A stretch of DNA of 64,000 bases, taken from a virus. How positions within the stretch are numbered: the stretch's first letter is position 1; every line of letters starts with the position of its first letter. Positions 29,351 to 39,782 of this stretch are shown in pieces. The stretch spans positions 28,750 through 92,749 of IMG/VR virus record IMGVR_UViG_3300030104_002385, one strand, 5' to 3'. The notes under the pieces are model-generated. The model worked only from the letters and a program-made list of their open reading frames with translations, did no database searches and was not told the DNA's origin. A program made the translations under genes and the position numbers.

Positions 29351-29523
29351 GTGAAGTAGTATGGTCAGTTAATATAATGGTTGCTATTCTACTTGTAGCT
29401 GTAGGTATTGTAATCTACTACATATTTAAGTACGATGAATTTTGGCCAAATGGGAGCGATGACACCACCGAGCAGGAAGAGCTGCTACAACTTTCGAGTG
29501 ACGGAGATAAACCGTGTTCTTGA
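29347..29523 (+). CDS. Small single-TM protein (58 aa; not in ORF track)
   Basis: MSEVVWSVNIMVAILLVAVGIVIYYIFKYDE...; ATGA coupling. Confidence 0.55.
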   Translation: MSEVVWSVNIMVAILLVAVGIVIYYIFKYDEFWPNGSDDTTEQEELLQLSSDGDKPCS

Positions 29524-29914
29524 CGGTGATACTATTGACGTTACCATTGACCTCGGTTTTGATCTATTCAAGAAAGAAAGAGTTAGAGTTGCAGGAGTTG
29601 ATACGCCAGAGAAAAGAACAAGAAACCTTGAGGAGAAGGCATTGGGAATAGATGCTACTAATTGGTTGAAACAAAAACTAGAAGATACTATTGCAGGTGA
29701 TGGAGATGAACTTACTGTTAGAACAGAACTTGTGGGTGGGACTGGGAAGTATGGTAGGCTTCTTGGTTGGCTCTATATTAACGAGGATACTGTTTCATTA
29801 AACGAACAGATGATTACTGAAGGGTATGCTCACGCATATGATGGTGGAACCAAAGATATGAACCTTGAAAAACTACGTGTTATACGTAGATCATTCGGAA
29901 CACTAAATGAGTAA
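29450..29914 (+). CDS. Thermonuclease (SNase-like) family nuclease
   Basis: 'RVLDGDTID', 'RVRVAGVDTPE', 'GKYGRLLG', 'LNEQMITEGYA' staphylococcal-nuclease motifs. Confidence 0.85.
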   Translation: MGAMTPPSRKSCYNFRVTEINRVLDGDTIDVTIDLGFDLFKKERVRVAGVDTPEKRTRNLEEKALGIDATNWLKQKLEDTIAGDGDELTVRTELVGGTGKYGRLLGWLYINEDTVSLNEQMITEGYAHAYDGGTKDMNLEKLRVIRRSFGTLNE

Positions 29915-31571
29915 AACGCAAGAACTATACTTAGGCAATCCTAATCTAAAGAAGGCAAACGTTTCCCAAAACTTCACTAAGAAACAAATTGCTGAGTATT
30001 TGAAATGTGCTGAAAATCCTGTTTACTTTATTAGGGAATATATTAAAATTGTATCACTTGATGAAGGTGTTATACCCTTTACCATGTATGATTTTCAGGA
30101 AGACATGGTACAAAAGTTTCACGACAATAGATTTAATATAGCAAAACTTCCTCGTCAGTCTGGTAAGTCAACTATTGTTACAGCATACTTACTATGGTAT
30201 GTTCTTTTTAATGATAATGTTAACGTAGCAATACTTGCTAACAAAGCAGCAACTGCTCGTGAGATGTTAGGTAGGTTACAATTATCATATGAGAACTTAC
30301 CAAAATGGTTACAGCAGGGTATACTAGGATGGAACAAAGGTAGTCTAGAGATAGAAAATGGATCAAAGATACTAGCAGCATCTACGTCTGCAAGTGCTGT
30401 CCGAGGTATGTCATTTAACATCATCTTCCTTGATGAATTTGCGTTCGTTCCTAACCATATTGCAGAACAATTCTTTAGTTCTGTTTATCCCACTATATCT
30501 TCTGGTACAAAAACCAAAGTCATCATCATCTCCACTCCACATGGAATGAACATGTTCTATAAGTTGTGGCATGATGCAGAGCGTAAGTCAAATGAATATA
30601 TTCCTACAGAAGTACATTGGTCTGAGATACCTGGTAGGGATGAAGTATGGAAAGAACAAACTATAAGAAATACATCAGAAGCACAATTCAAAGTTGAGTT
30701 TGAATGTGAGTTCTTAGGATCAGTTGATACATTAATCAGTCCAAGTAAGTTGAGAGTCATGCCATATGAAGAACCAATACAACAAAATAGAGGGTTGGCA
30801 GTCTATGAGCAAGTCCAAGAAGATCATAATTATATCTTAACTGTTGACGTGGCTCGTGGTATTGGTGGTGATTATTCAGCATTTTGCGTAATGGATACAA
30901 CTACGTTACCATATAGACTGGTAGCAAGGTATAAGAATAATGAAATCAAACCTATCATATTACCTAATATTATTGTTGAAGTAGCTAAGAATTATAATGG
31001 TGCTTATGTTCTTTGTGAAGTAAATGATATTGGTGGGCAAGTAGCAGATATAATTCAATACGATTTAGAATACGAGAATTTATTACAAGCTGCTATGAGA
31101 GGAAGAGCAGGTCAACAATTAGGACAGGGGTTCTCAGGTAAGAAAACTCAGTTAGGAGTTAAGATGTCAACTGCTGTAAAGCAGGTAGGTTGCTCTAACC
31201 TAAAAGCATTAATAGAAGATGATAAATTGATGATACCCGACTATGATACGATTGCGGAATTGACAACGTTTATTCAAAAGGGTAATTCATTCCAAGCGGA
31301 AGATGGATGTCACGATGATCTTGCTATGTGTTTAGTGATATTTGGGTGGATGGCGATGCAAGAATACTTTAAAGAGATGCATGACAACGATGTTAGACAA
31401 CGCATTTATGATGATCAGCGAGAAAATATTGAACAGGACATGGCACCATTTGGATTTATCAGTGATGGTATGGATGATGAGGTTATTGTAGATGCTCAAG
31501 GAGAGAGATGGGAAGTTGCGGAGAAGCTGTCGGAATACGGGGATAGGGCTTACATGTGGGAGTTTCAGTGA
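29907..31571 (+). CDS. gp17: Terminase large subunit gp17
   Basis: Walker A 'PRQSGKST', Walker B 'IFLDEFAF', 'STPHG', nuclease motifs 'VDVARG' and 'HDDLAM'. Confidence 0.96.
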   Translation: MSKTQELYLGNPNLKKANVSQNFTKKQIAEYLKCAENPVYFIREYIKIVSLDEGVIPFTMYDFQEDMVQKFHDNRFNIAKLPRQSGKSTIVTAYLLWYVLFNDNVNVAILANKAATAREMLGRLQLSYENLPKWLQQGILGWNKGSLEIENGSKILAASTSASAVRGMSFNIIFLDEFAFVPNHIAEQFFSSVYPTISSGTKTKVIIISTPHGMNMFYKLWHDAERKSNEYIPTEVHWSEIPGRDEVWKEQTIRNTSEAQFKVEFECEFLGSVDTLISPSKLRVMPYEEPIQQNRGLAVYEQVQEDHNYILTVDVARGIGGDYSAFCVMDTTTLPYRLVARYKNNEIKPIILPNIIVEVAKNYNGAYVLCEVNDIGGQVADIIQYDLEYENLLQAAMRGRAGQQLGQGFSGKKTQLGVKMSTAVKQVGCSNLKALIEDDKLMIPDYDTIAELTTFIQKGNSFQAEDGCHDDLAMCLVIFGWMAMQEYFKEMHDNDVRQRIYDDQRENIEQDMAPFGFISDGMDDEVIVDAQGERWEVAEKLSEYGDRAYMWEFQ

Positions 31572-31582
31572 CGTTTCAAAAA

Positions 31583-31590
31583 TATAAATA
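31583..31590 (+). promoter_or_regulatory. Late promoter (TATAAATA)
   Basis: Exact T4 late consensus upstream of gp18. Confidence 0.8.
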
Positions 31591-31632
31591 ATCTTAGACA
31601 ACTGACAAGGCAATTACAAGGAGTTTATAAAC

Positions 31633-33885
31633 ATGGCAGCCAATCAATTATCGCCAGGTGTAGTCGTTCAGGAAAGAGACCTGACAACGATTACCACTCT
31701 GTCAACAGCAAACGTTGGTGTAATAGCAGCACCTTTCGATATTGGTCCTGTCGAAGAAATAGTAGATATTAGTACCGAAAGAGGACTAGTAGATAAATTC
31801 GGTAAACCAAACGATGCAAACTATGAGTTTTGGTTCACTGCATCACAATACTTAGCATACGGTGGTTCACTTAAAGCAATTAGAACTAATGCAGCATCTC
31901 TAAAAAATGCTGTTAATACAGGAACTGCTCCTCTAGTTAAGAACTTAGATGATTATGATGCTAACTGGGTTGCCTCAAATAATAACTGGAATTGGTCTGC
32001 TAGAACTCCTGGTACCAAAGGAAATTCGATTGGTGTATTTGTAACTGATGCTGGTGCTGATCAGATTGGTGTAATACCTGCTCCTGGATCTGGTAACGAT
32101 TATGAATTCGTTGCAGATGCTGCAGTTTCTGCTACATCTGGTGCTGCTGGTAAAGTATTTAAGTATTCAATTCGTCTAACAGTAACAACAGTTGTTGGTG
32201 ATTTCACTCCTGGTGCTACTACAACAATTAACATTGGTGGTTCAAATGAAACTGTTAATGTTCTTGCTTACGATCCAGCTAATAAGTATATTGAAATTGG
32301 ACTACCTTCTGGTGGTGTAACTGGTATCATTGCTGATGGTCAGACAATTACCCAAGGAGCAAATACTGCTGTTATCGCAACTACTGGTATTGAGCGTCGT
32401 CTATACATTGCTAAAAACAAAGGATCTATAGATTTCGCTGCTGCTGATAGTGTTCAGGATACTAACTCAACTGCTGTTGCAATTACTTCAGTAAGAGTTG
32501 AGTATAACGAGCGTGAGTATCTTCCTGGTATTAAGTGGATTAACGTTGCTACACGTCCTGGAACTTCACAGTCAGTTGATGCTGCTGGTGGTTTCCGTGA
32601 TGAAGTACACATTATTGTAACAGACGTTGATGGTTCTATCACTGGTACTGCTGGTGCTGTTCTTGAGCGTTTCATCGGATTGTCCAAAGCATCTGATGCT
32701 AAGACATCTGTTGGTGAGACTAACTACTACGTAGAAGTAATTAAGCAAAAGTCTAATTACATCTATTGGGGTAAGCATGAAGCTACTGTATTCAATGCAA
32801 CTGGTACTCCTTCTGATGGAGATTGGGGATTGAGTGGTGCTTCTAAGCAGTTCAACTTACTACGTTCTGCTGATGGATCTACTGATTATCCTGTAGGTCG
32901 TACAACTGTTGGTTCTAAAAATAACTCAACATTCTACTACAGACTTGCATCTGGTGCAGACTACACAACTTCAGGTGGTAGTTACGCTGTTACTAATGCA
33001 GACTTCGAGACTGCTTATAATTTAGTTGCTGACCCTGAGTCACAAACAATCGACTTTATCCTTACTGGTCCTTCTGGTGCTGATAATGGTGCTGCTCTTT
33101 CTAAAATAACTGCAATTGCAAACATTGTTGAAGAGCGTAGAGATTGTCTAGCATTTGTTTCTCCACGTAGAGGAAACGTTGTTGGTGTAAGTAATGCACA
33201 AACAGCAACAGATAATACTATTGAGTTCTTCGATTTACTTCCAAGTTCTTCTTACATGGTATTTGACTCAGGATACAAGTACATCTATGACAAGTTTAAT
33301 GATGTATATCGTTACATCCCTTGCAATGGTGATACTGCAGGTCTATGTTTACAAACAACTGAAGTTGCTGAAGCATGGTTCTCACCTGCTGGTTTCCAAA
33401 GAGGAACTCTAAGAAATGCAATTAAACTTGCTTTCACACCTAATAAGTTACAAAGAGATCAACTTTATGCTTCACGCATAAACCCAGTTGTATCTTTCCC
33501 TGGACAGGGTATTGTATTATTCGGTGATAAAACTGCTCTTGGATATGCATCTGCATTTGATAGAATTAACGTACGTCGTTTGTTCTTGACAATTGAGAGA
33601 GTTATATCTGGTGCTGCTAAGGCACAACTCTTCGAGCAAAACGATGAGTCACAAAGAAGTCTATTCCTCAACATCGTTGAACCTTACATGCGTGATGTTC
33701 AAGGTCGTCGTGGTGTAACTGACTTCTTAGTTAAGTGTGATAGTGACAATAACCCTGCTGAGTCAATTGACCGTGGTGAATTCTACGCAGAGATATTTGT
33801 AAAACCAACTCGCACAATTAACTACATCACTCTAAGTTTTGTTGCTACAAGAACTGGTGTTGCATTTAGCGAAGTCGCTAACTAG
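31633..33885 (+). CDS. gp18: Tail sheath protein gp18
   Basis: 'LSPGVVVQERDLT', 'WFSPAGFQRG', 'SAFDRINVRRLF', 'KPTRTINYITL'. Confidence 0.96.
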   Translation: MAANQLSPGVVVQERDLTTITTLSTANVGVIAAPFDIGPVEEIVDISTERGLVDKFGKPNDANYEFWFTASQYLAYGGSLKAIRTNAASLKNAVNTGTAPLVKNLDDYDANWVASNNNWNWSARTPGTKGNSIGVFVTDAGADQIGVIPAPGSGNDYEFVADAAVSATSGAAGKVFKYSIRLTVTTVVGDFTPGATTTINIGGSNETVNVLAYDPANKYIEIGLPSGGVTGIIADGQTITQGANTAVIATTGIERRLYIAKNKGSIDFAAADSVQDTNSTAVAITSVRVEYNEREYLPGIKWINVATRPGTSQSVDAAGGFRDEVHIIVTDVDGSITGTAGAVLERFIGLSKASDAKTSVGETNYYVEVIKQKSNYIYWGKHEATVFNATGTPSDGDWGLSGASKQFNLLRSADGSTDYPVGRTTVGSKNNSTFYYRLASGADYTTSGGSYAVTNADFETAYNLVADPESQTIDFILTGPSGADNGAALSKITAIANIVEERRDCLAFVSPRRGNVVGVSNAQTATDNTIEFFDLLPSSSYMVFDSGYKYIYDKFNDVYRYIPCNGDTAGLCLQTTEVAEAWFSPAGFQRGTLRNAIKLAFTPNKLQRDQLYASRINPVVSFPGQGIVLFGDKTALGYASAFDRINVRRLFLTIERVISGAAKAQLFEQNDESQRSLFLNIVEPYMRDVQGRRGVTDFLVKCDSDNNPAESIDRGEFYAEIFVKPTRTINYITLSFVATRTGVAFSEVAN

Positions 33886-33908
33886 ATTACAATTACATAG
33901 ATTAAGAG

Positions 33909-33934
33909 TAGCGGAGTATATCTCCGCTATTTTT
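33909..33934 (+). terminator. Rho-independent terminator
   Basis: TAGCGGAG-TATAT-CTCCGCTA-TTTTT. Confidence 0.8.
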
Positions 33935-33990
33935 ATGTTGAAAATATTCATTTTTCTAAATATTAAGGACAAGGGAGTAACATAACAATC

Positions 33991-34581
33991 ATGGCACAAA
34001 AAGGAACTATTGATGATTTTAAGGCGAAAGTCGCAGCAGATTTTGCCCGTCCTAATCTATTCCAAGTGGATTTGGCATTCCCATCAACAATACCACAGTT
34101 GAATAATTCTGCAATTACTGATACTGGTAAGTTTACAGTCCGTGCAGCAAATTTACCTGCTTCACAGATTGGTGTAATAGAAGTTCCTTTTAGGGGAAGG
34201 GTTTTAAAGATTGCAGGAGATCGTACATTCGAGCCTTGGACAATCACAATTCAGAACGACAGCAACTTCGTTCTTAGAAGTGCGTTTGAACTTTGGGCAC
34301 AATCTATTCAAGCATACAATGAGAACTTTACTCAAGCAAAAGGTTTGGGTGATACTGATGACGCAACAGGTTACTTCGCTGATATGCAAGTTCATCAGTT
34401 AGCAAGAGATATTAAGGATGGTGATGCACCTAAGATCCTTAAGTCTTATAAGTTCTACAACGTCTTCCCATCAAGTATCGCAGCCATAGATCTTGACTTC
34501 GGAAACAATGACGCAATCGAGGAGTTCACTGTTGAACTACAAGTTCAGTACTGGACAGATATGCCTCTCAAAAATTCATGA
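33991..34581 (+). CDS. gp19: Tail tube protein gp19
   Basis: 'ARPNLFQV', 'VPFRGRVLKIAGDRTFEPWTIT', 'IEEFTVE'. Confidence 0.95.
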   Translation: MAQKGTIDDFKAKVAADFARPNLFQVDLAFPSTIPQLNNSAITDTGKFTVRAANLPASQIGVIEVPFRGRVLKIAGDRTFEPWTITIQNDSNFVLRSAFELWAQSIQAYNENFTQAKGLGDTDDATGYFADMQVHQLARDIKDGDAPKILKSYKFYNVFPSSIAAIDLDFGNNDAIEEFTVELQVQYWTDMPLKNS

Positions 34582-34593
34582 TCAGGCAACCTG

Positions 34594-34600
34594 ATAAATA
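34594..34600 (+). promoter_or_regulatory. Late promoter (ATAAATA)
   Basis: Upstream of gp20. Confidence 0.7.
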
Positions 34601-34625
34601 GAACAGGAACAATAGAAATTTAGTA

Positions 34626-36230
34626 ATGTCGCAACTCTTTGGATTTAGTTTAGAGAGGGCAAAGAAGGTTCCAAAGGGGCCTTCTTTTGTTCAGAAGGAT
34701 AGTTTAGATGGATCACAACCTATAGTAGGTGGTGGTTACTATGGCTATTCTATTGACATGGATGGTACTGTTCGTAATGAGTATGAATTGATCACCCGTT
34801 ATAGGGAGATGGTTTTACAACCAGAATGTGATAGTGCTGTCGATGATGTAGTTAATGAAACAATATGTGGAAACTTTGATGATGTTCCTATTGCTGTAGA
34901 GCTATCAAATTTAAAAGCATCTGAAAAAATTAAGAAATTAATTCGTGAGGAGTTCGATGAAATCCTACGTCTTCTTGATTTTGATAATAGATCTTACGAA
35001 ATCTTCCGTCGATGGTATGTTGATGGGAGACTTTTTTATCATAAGGTAATCGATCCTAAAAACCCTAAAGGTGGATTGATAGAACTTAGATATATCGATC
35101 CTCGTAAGATACGTAAAGTAACTGAGTACGATCAAAAACGTCCAGAAGAATTCAGATCTACTGATCTCAATACTCAACTCACACAGAAGTCAGCATCATA
35201 TTATCTGTATAATCCAAAAGGATTAAGGAACGCAACAAATCAGGGTATGAAAATTGCTCCTGATTCCGTGACATATTGTCACTCTGGTATACAAGATCTC
35301 AATAAGAATATGGTCTTGTCTCATTTGCATAAAGCAATTAAGGCAGTCAATCAGTTAAGAATGATTGAAGACTCTCTTGTTATCTACAGATTATCAAGAG
35401 CACCAGAAAGAAGAATTTTCTATATCGATGTAGGTAACCTTCCCAAAAATAAAGCGGAACAATATCTACGTGAGGTAATGGGTCGTTACAGAAACAAACT
35501 TGTATACGATGCAAACACTGGTGAGATAAAGGATGACAAGAAGTTCATGTCCATGATGGAAGACTTCTGGTTACCTAGAAGAGAAGGTGGAAGAGGAACT
35601 GAGATTACTACATTACCTGGTGGTCAGAACCTTGGAGAACTAGAAGACGTTAAGTACTTCCAGAAGAAACTATACAAATCACTCAACGTTCCTAACTCAA
35701 GATTAGAATCAGAAACTACATTTAACATCGGACGTGCTGCTGAAATCACACGTGATGAAGTTAAGTTCCAGAAGTTTGTTGCAAGATTGCGTAAGAGATT
35801 TGGAGAATTATTCACAGATCTTCTAAAAACTCAATTGGTTCTTAAGGGTGTCATCTCCATTGAAGAATGGGATGAAATGAAAGAGCACATTCAATTCGAT
35901 TATATTGCAGATAACTATTTCACAGAACTGAAAGAGATAGAGATCCGTAATGAAAGAATGAATGAAGTCAATCAAATGGATCCTTACGTTGGTAAATACT
36001 TCTCTCTAGACTATGTTCGTCGTCAAGTTCTAAAACAGACTGACGTTGAAATCAAGGAAATTGATAAGCAAATCGAACAAGAAATGGCAGATGGATTAAT
36101 CATGGATCCTGCGGAAGCTGCTGCTATGGAAATGGGTATAGATCCTGCTGCTCCTGCAGAAGGAGCACCACCAGAAGCTGATACAAATTCCGCAGTTTCA
36201 CCTGCTGATCAACGCAAAGGTGAGTTTTAA
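34626..36230 (+). CDS. gp20: Portal protein gp20
   Basis: 'IYRLSRAPERRIFYIDVGNLPK', 'EDFWLPRREGGRGTEITTLPGGQNL'. Confidence 0.97.
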   Translation: MSQLFGFSLERAKKVPKGPSFVQKDSLDGSQPIVGGGYYGYSIDMDGTVRNEYELITRYREMVLQPECDSAVDDVVNETICGNFDDVPIAVELSNLKASEKIKKLIREEFDEILRLLDFDNRSYEIFRRWYVDGRLFYHKVIDPKNPKGGLIELRYIDPRKIRKVTEYDQKRPEEFRSTDLNTQLTQKSASYYLYNPKGLRNATNQGMKIAPDSVTYCHSGIQDLNKNMVLSHLHKAIKAVNQLRMIEDSLVIYRLSRAPERRIFYIDVGNLPKNKAEQYLREVMGRYRNKLVYDANTGEIKDDKKFMSMMEDFWLPRREGGRGTEITTLPGGQNLGELEDVKYFQKKLYKSLNVPNSRLESETTFNIGRAAEITRDEVKFQKFVARLRKRFGELFTDLLKTQLVLKGVISIEEWDEMKEHIQFDYIADNYFTELKEIEIRNERMNEVNQMDPYVGKYFSLDYVRRQVLKQTDVEIKEIDKQIEQEMADGLIMDPAEAAAMEMGIDPAAPAEGAPPEADTNSAVSPADQRKGEF

Positions 36231-36234
36231 CTAA

Positions 36235-36241
36235 ATAAATA
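36235..36241 (+). promoter_or_regulatory. Late promoter (ATAAATA)
   Basis: Upstream of ORF 36258. Confidence 0.6.
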
Positions 36242-36257
36242 AGAAAGTGGGGTTATT

Positions 36258-36590
36258 ATGCCTAGTGAAATCGCAAACACAATTGTAAATCACATCTTTA
36301 GCGATGAGAAATCTAAAGCTATTGATGCGACTAATGATGCAATTAGTGCGACATCATACGATATGATTCAACAAAAGAAAGTTGAATTTGCAAAAGAGTG
36401 GGGATTTGATCCAGATCAAACTGGACAAGCAACTGCTGATGAAATTGATAAAATATATGATGGTCAAGAACCGCCAGAGGTTGCACCTACCGCAGGTGAG
36501 ATTGCTCAACAAGAGCAAGAACCAGAGGCAAGTCTTGAACCCACCGAAGAACAACCTGTAGAGGAACCAAAAGATGAGACTGATAGCTGA
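36258..36590 (+). CDS. Acidic prohead core-like protein (gp67/68 position)
   Basis: Acidic; lies between portal and protease genes. Confidence 0.55.
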   Translation: MPSEIANTIVNHIFSDEKSKAIDATNDAISATSYDMIQQKKVEFAKEWGFDPDQTGQATADEIDKIYDGQEPPEVAPTAGEIAQQEQEPEASLEPTEEQPVEEPKDETDS

Positions 36591-37218
36591 GGAAATTACT
36601 AACGTCAAGTTTTTTGCCGAAGAAAAGGAAGGTAAGAAGAGTCACTTTATAGAAGGTGTATTTCTTCAAGCTGAAATTGAAAACCGCAATGGACGAAAGT
36701 ATCCTTTTAAAACTCTTCAAAGAGAAGTCGCAAGGTATGATGAAAATCATATTCAGAAGGGACGTGCTCTTGGTGAGTTAGGACATCCTGATGGACCTTC
36801 AGTTAATCTTGATCGTGTCTCTCATAAAATATTATCTCTTTCCGAAGAAGGTAATAATTTTGTAGGTAGAGCGAAGATCCTCGAAACACCTATGGGTAAG
36901 ATTGCCAAGAACCTTTTAGATGAAGGTGTAAAACTTGGTGTATCCTCAAGAGGTATGGGTTCTCTTAGACAAGAACAGAACTGCAATATCGTTCAAGATG
37001 ATTTTATGCTTGCTACTGCTGCAGATATAGTTGCAGATCCTTCAGCTCCTGATGCTTTTGTTGATGGAATTATGGAAGGAAAGGAGTGGGTTTGGGCAAA
37101 TGGCATACTTAAAGAGTCTGCTGTTGCTGAAATCAAGCAAGAAATTGATGAAGCAACTCTAATAAACTTACAAGAACGGAAGGTTTCCGCATTCTCTAAG
37201 TTTTTGCAGAGTTTATAA
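36574..37218 (+). CDS. gp21: Prohead protease gp21
   Basis: 'NRNGRKYP', 'ALGELGHP', 'GVSSRGMGS', 'DIVADPSAPDA'. Confidence 0.95.
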   Translation: MRLIAEEITNVKFFAEEKEGKKSHFIEGVFLQAEIENRNGRKYPFKTLQREVARYDENHIQKGRALGELGHPDGPSVNLDRVSHKILSLSEEGNNFVGRAKILETPMGKIAKNLLDEGVKLGVSSRGMGSLRQEQNCNIVQDDFMLATAADIVADPSAPDAFVDGIMEGKEWVWANGILKESAVAEIKQEIDEATLINLQERKVSAFSKFLQSL

Positions 37219-37220
37219 TT

Positions 37221-37228
37221 TATAAATA
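37221..37228 (+). promoter_or_regulatory. Late promoter (TATAAATA)
   Basis: Exact consensus upstream of gp22. Confidence 0.8.
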
Positions 37229-37265
37229 AACATAGACAAACGTAATGTTAACGGAGTTAGAACCA

Positions 37266-38351
37266 ATGTCTGAGACCTCGACAAAAGAGCTTGATAATAT
37301 GGATCCAGTGAACGAAGACGCTGCTACTGGCACTGCTGCTATAACCAAGGGAGCGAAACCAGGAGAAAAGATTGACACATCTGGTGCCAATGATACCATA
37401 ATTGGTGGATCTGATAGTAAGGGTAATCCTGAAGGAACCGCAAATTTAGGTAAAGCCGCCTCTGCCCCTGTAGGAGTAGAAAAGGATAAGTCAATTAAGA
37501 CGAAACCGTCTGGAGCTGGAACTGGTAACGTATCTGCTGGATTGTCTGGTAAGATCTTTGACAGTGAGGAGCACAATGGCGAAGAAACAATCTCAGAAAA
37601 AGAAGAGACCTCTGAAACCAAGTACGACTTTAGTCAAGATGTTGACGCTCTTGTCGCTGGTGAAGAGTTAAATGAAGAATTCAGAGAGAAAGCTAAGACA
37701 CTCTTTGAAGCGGTTGTAACTCAACGTGTCAATGAAGAGACAAAAACACTTCAAGAGGCATATGAATCTGCCTTGACCGAAGAGGTTGAAAAGATCAAAA
37801 CAGAATTGGCTGAGAAAGTCGATGACTACATCTCTTATGCTGCAAAGCAATGGTTAGAAGAAAATAACCTTGCTGTGGAGCATGGCATTAAAACAGAGAT
37901 GGCAGAATCGTTCTTCGATGGCCTAAAGAAACTGTTCATCGAACAGAACTTCACTGTACCTGAAGAGAAGTATAACCTACTAGACGGTATGGCTGAAGAG
38001 CTAAATGATATGGAGACTAAGCTCAACGAACAAATCGACTCTAACGTATCTTTAAATAAGAGAATTGGGGAGTTTGTTAAAATGGAAATTGTGAACGAAT
38101 GTGCAACTGGACTTGCTGAGACCCAAAAGGAAAAGCTTGTTTCATTAGCAGAGGGTGTTGAGTTTGAAACTGAAGCAGATTTTCGCAAGAAAGTCGAAAC
38201 TATCAAGGAATCATACTTCACTAGGAAGGCTGAAGTCGTTGCAGAAGCAAAGACTGACCCCACCGAAGAAGCAACTGCACCTTTGGTAGAAGAAACCACG
38301 ACTGGTACTATGTCTAAGTACGTAGATACACTATCTCGTTGGTCCAAATAA
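37266..38351 (+). CDS. gp22: Prohead scaffold/core protein gp22
   Basis: Acidic coiled coil; 'EEFREKAKTLFEA', 'VDDYISY...W'; probable start at 37266 after GGAG. Confidence 0.92.
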   Translation: MSETSTKELDNMDPVNEDAATGTAAITKGAKPGEKIDTSGANDTIIGGSDSKGNPEGTANLGKAASAPVGVEKDKSIKTKPSGAGTGNVSAGLSGKIFDSEEHNGEETISEKEETSETKYDFSQDVDALVAGEELNEEFREKAKTLFEAVVTQRVNEETKTLQEAYESALTEEVEKIKTELAEKVDDYISYAAKQWLEENNLAVEHGIKTEMAESFFDGLKKLFIEQNFTVPEEKYNLLDGMAEELNDMETKLNEQIDSNVSLNKRIGEFVKMEIVNECATGLAETQKEKLVSLAEGVEFETEADFRKKVETIKESYFTRKAEVVAEAKTDPTEEATAPLVEETTTGTMSKYVDTLSRWSK

Positions 38352-38384
38352 TAAACAACTACTTTTTAAAAAAAGGAATAACTA

Positions 38385-39782
38385 ATGGCTGACATTAAGC
38401 AACTCCAAGAAAAGTGGGCACCCGTTCTTAATCACGATGCTCTTCCAGAGATAGGTGATTCATATAAGAAAGGCGTAGTCGCACAACTCTTAGAAAACCA
38501 AGAAAGAGCTTTAACAGAAGAAGGACAAATTCTTACTGAGACTCTTCAAACTGCAGGAACAGGTGGATTTAGTGGTGGTTCAACCGCTACAGGTCCCGTA
38601 GCTGGTTTCGACCCTGTTCTAATTTCATTAATCCGTCGTTCAATGCCTAAGCTAATTGCTTATGACATTGCGGGTGTTCAACCGATGACAGGACCTACTG
38701 GTCTTATCTTCGCAATGAGAACCAACTACAACGAGACAAGAGATCCTAACTCAGGTAACTTCCGTGAGGCATTCTTTAATGAGCCTAACGCTGGTTTCTC
38801 TGGTGGTGCTGGAACTGGTCTTTCTAATTATGACCCTAACGCATCAGATGCAACTAACGACGCTCAAGGTGCTAACCCTGGACTTCTTAACGATTCCCCT
38901 GCTGGAACTTATGAGAAGACTGGTGATGCTGAAGGAATGGCAACAGCTACTGCTGAAGGTTTAGATGACAGTTCTGCATCTACTGCTTTCAGAGAAATGG
39001 GTTTCTCAATCGAGAAGGTCACAGTTACTGCGAAGTCACGTGCTTTAAAAGCTGAGTACTCAATCGAGCTTGCTCAAGACTTGAAAGCAATTCATGGTCT
39101 TGATGCCGAGCAAGAGTTAAGCAACATTCTCTCTACAGAGATCCTTGCTGAAATTAACAGAGAAGTTGTTAGAACTATCTACGTTAATGCTGTTGCTGGT
39201 GCTCAGAACAATACTGCTAACGCTGGTATTTTCGACCTTGACGTTGACTCTAATGGTAGATGGTCAGTTGAGAAATTCAAAGGACTTCTATTCCAGATAG
39301 AAAGAGATGCTAACGCTATCGGTCAGCAAACTCGTCGTGGAAAGGGCAACGTTCTCATCTGTTCTGCTGATGTAGCTTCTGCTCTAGGAATGGCTGGTGT
39401 ACTTGACTACTCTCCTGCTCTTAATGGTAACAACGCTTTGACAGGTGTAGATGATACATCTTCAACTCTTGTTGGAACACTTAACGGTAAGATTAAGGTT
39501 TACGTTGATCCTTATTCTGCTAACGTTGCTGATAAGCACTTCTACGTTAATGGATACAAAGGTACTTCACCTTATGATGCTGGATTATTCTATTGCCCAT
39601 ATGTACCTCTACAGCAGGTCAGAGCAATTAATCCTAACACCTTCCAACCAAAAATTGGGTTTAAGACTCGTTACGGAATGGTTGCTAACCCATTTGCTCA
39701 AGGTCTTACACAAGGTTCTGGTGCTCTTACAGCTAATACTAACAAGTATTACAGAAGAGTTCAGGTTGCAAACCTAATGTGA
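38385..39782 (+). CDS. gp23: Major capsid protein gp23
   Basis: 'GVQPMTGPTGLIFAMR', 'KSRALKAEYSIELAQDLKAIHGLDAE', 'FQPKIGFKTRYG'. Confidence 0.98.
   Translation: MADIKQLQEKWAPVLNHDALPEIGDSYKKGVVAQLLENQERALTEEGQILTETLQTAGTGGFSGGSTATGPVAGFDPVLISLIRRSMPKLIAYDIAGVQPMTGPTGLIFAMRTNYNETRDPNSGNFREAFFNEPNAGFSGGAGTGLSNYDPNASDATNDAQGANPGLLNDSPAGTYEKTGDAEGMATATAEGLDDSSASTAFREMGFSIEKVTVTAKSRALKAEYSIELAQDLKAIHGLDAEQELSNILSTEILAEINREVVRTIYVNAVAGAQNNTANAGIFDLDVDSNGRWSVEKFKGLLFQIERDANAIGQQTRRGKGNVLICSADVASALGMAGVLDYSPALNGNNALTGVDDTSSTLVGTLNGKIKVYVDPYSANVADKHFYVNGYKGTSPYDAGLFYCPYVPLQQVRAINPNTFQPKIGFKTRYGMVANPFAQGLTQGSGALTANTNKYYRRVQVANLM

Noticed and set aside
29907-39782. Introns or inteins in terminase, portal or capsid genes
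   Set aside because: The ORFs are continuous and of typical length, with no intein or intron signatures visible.
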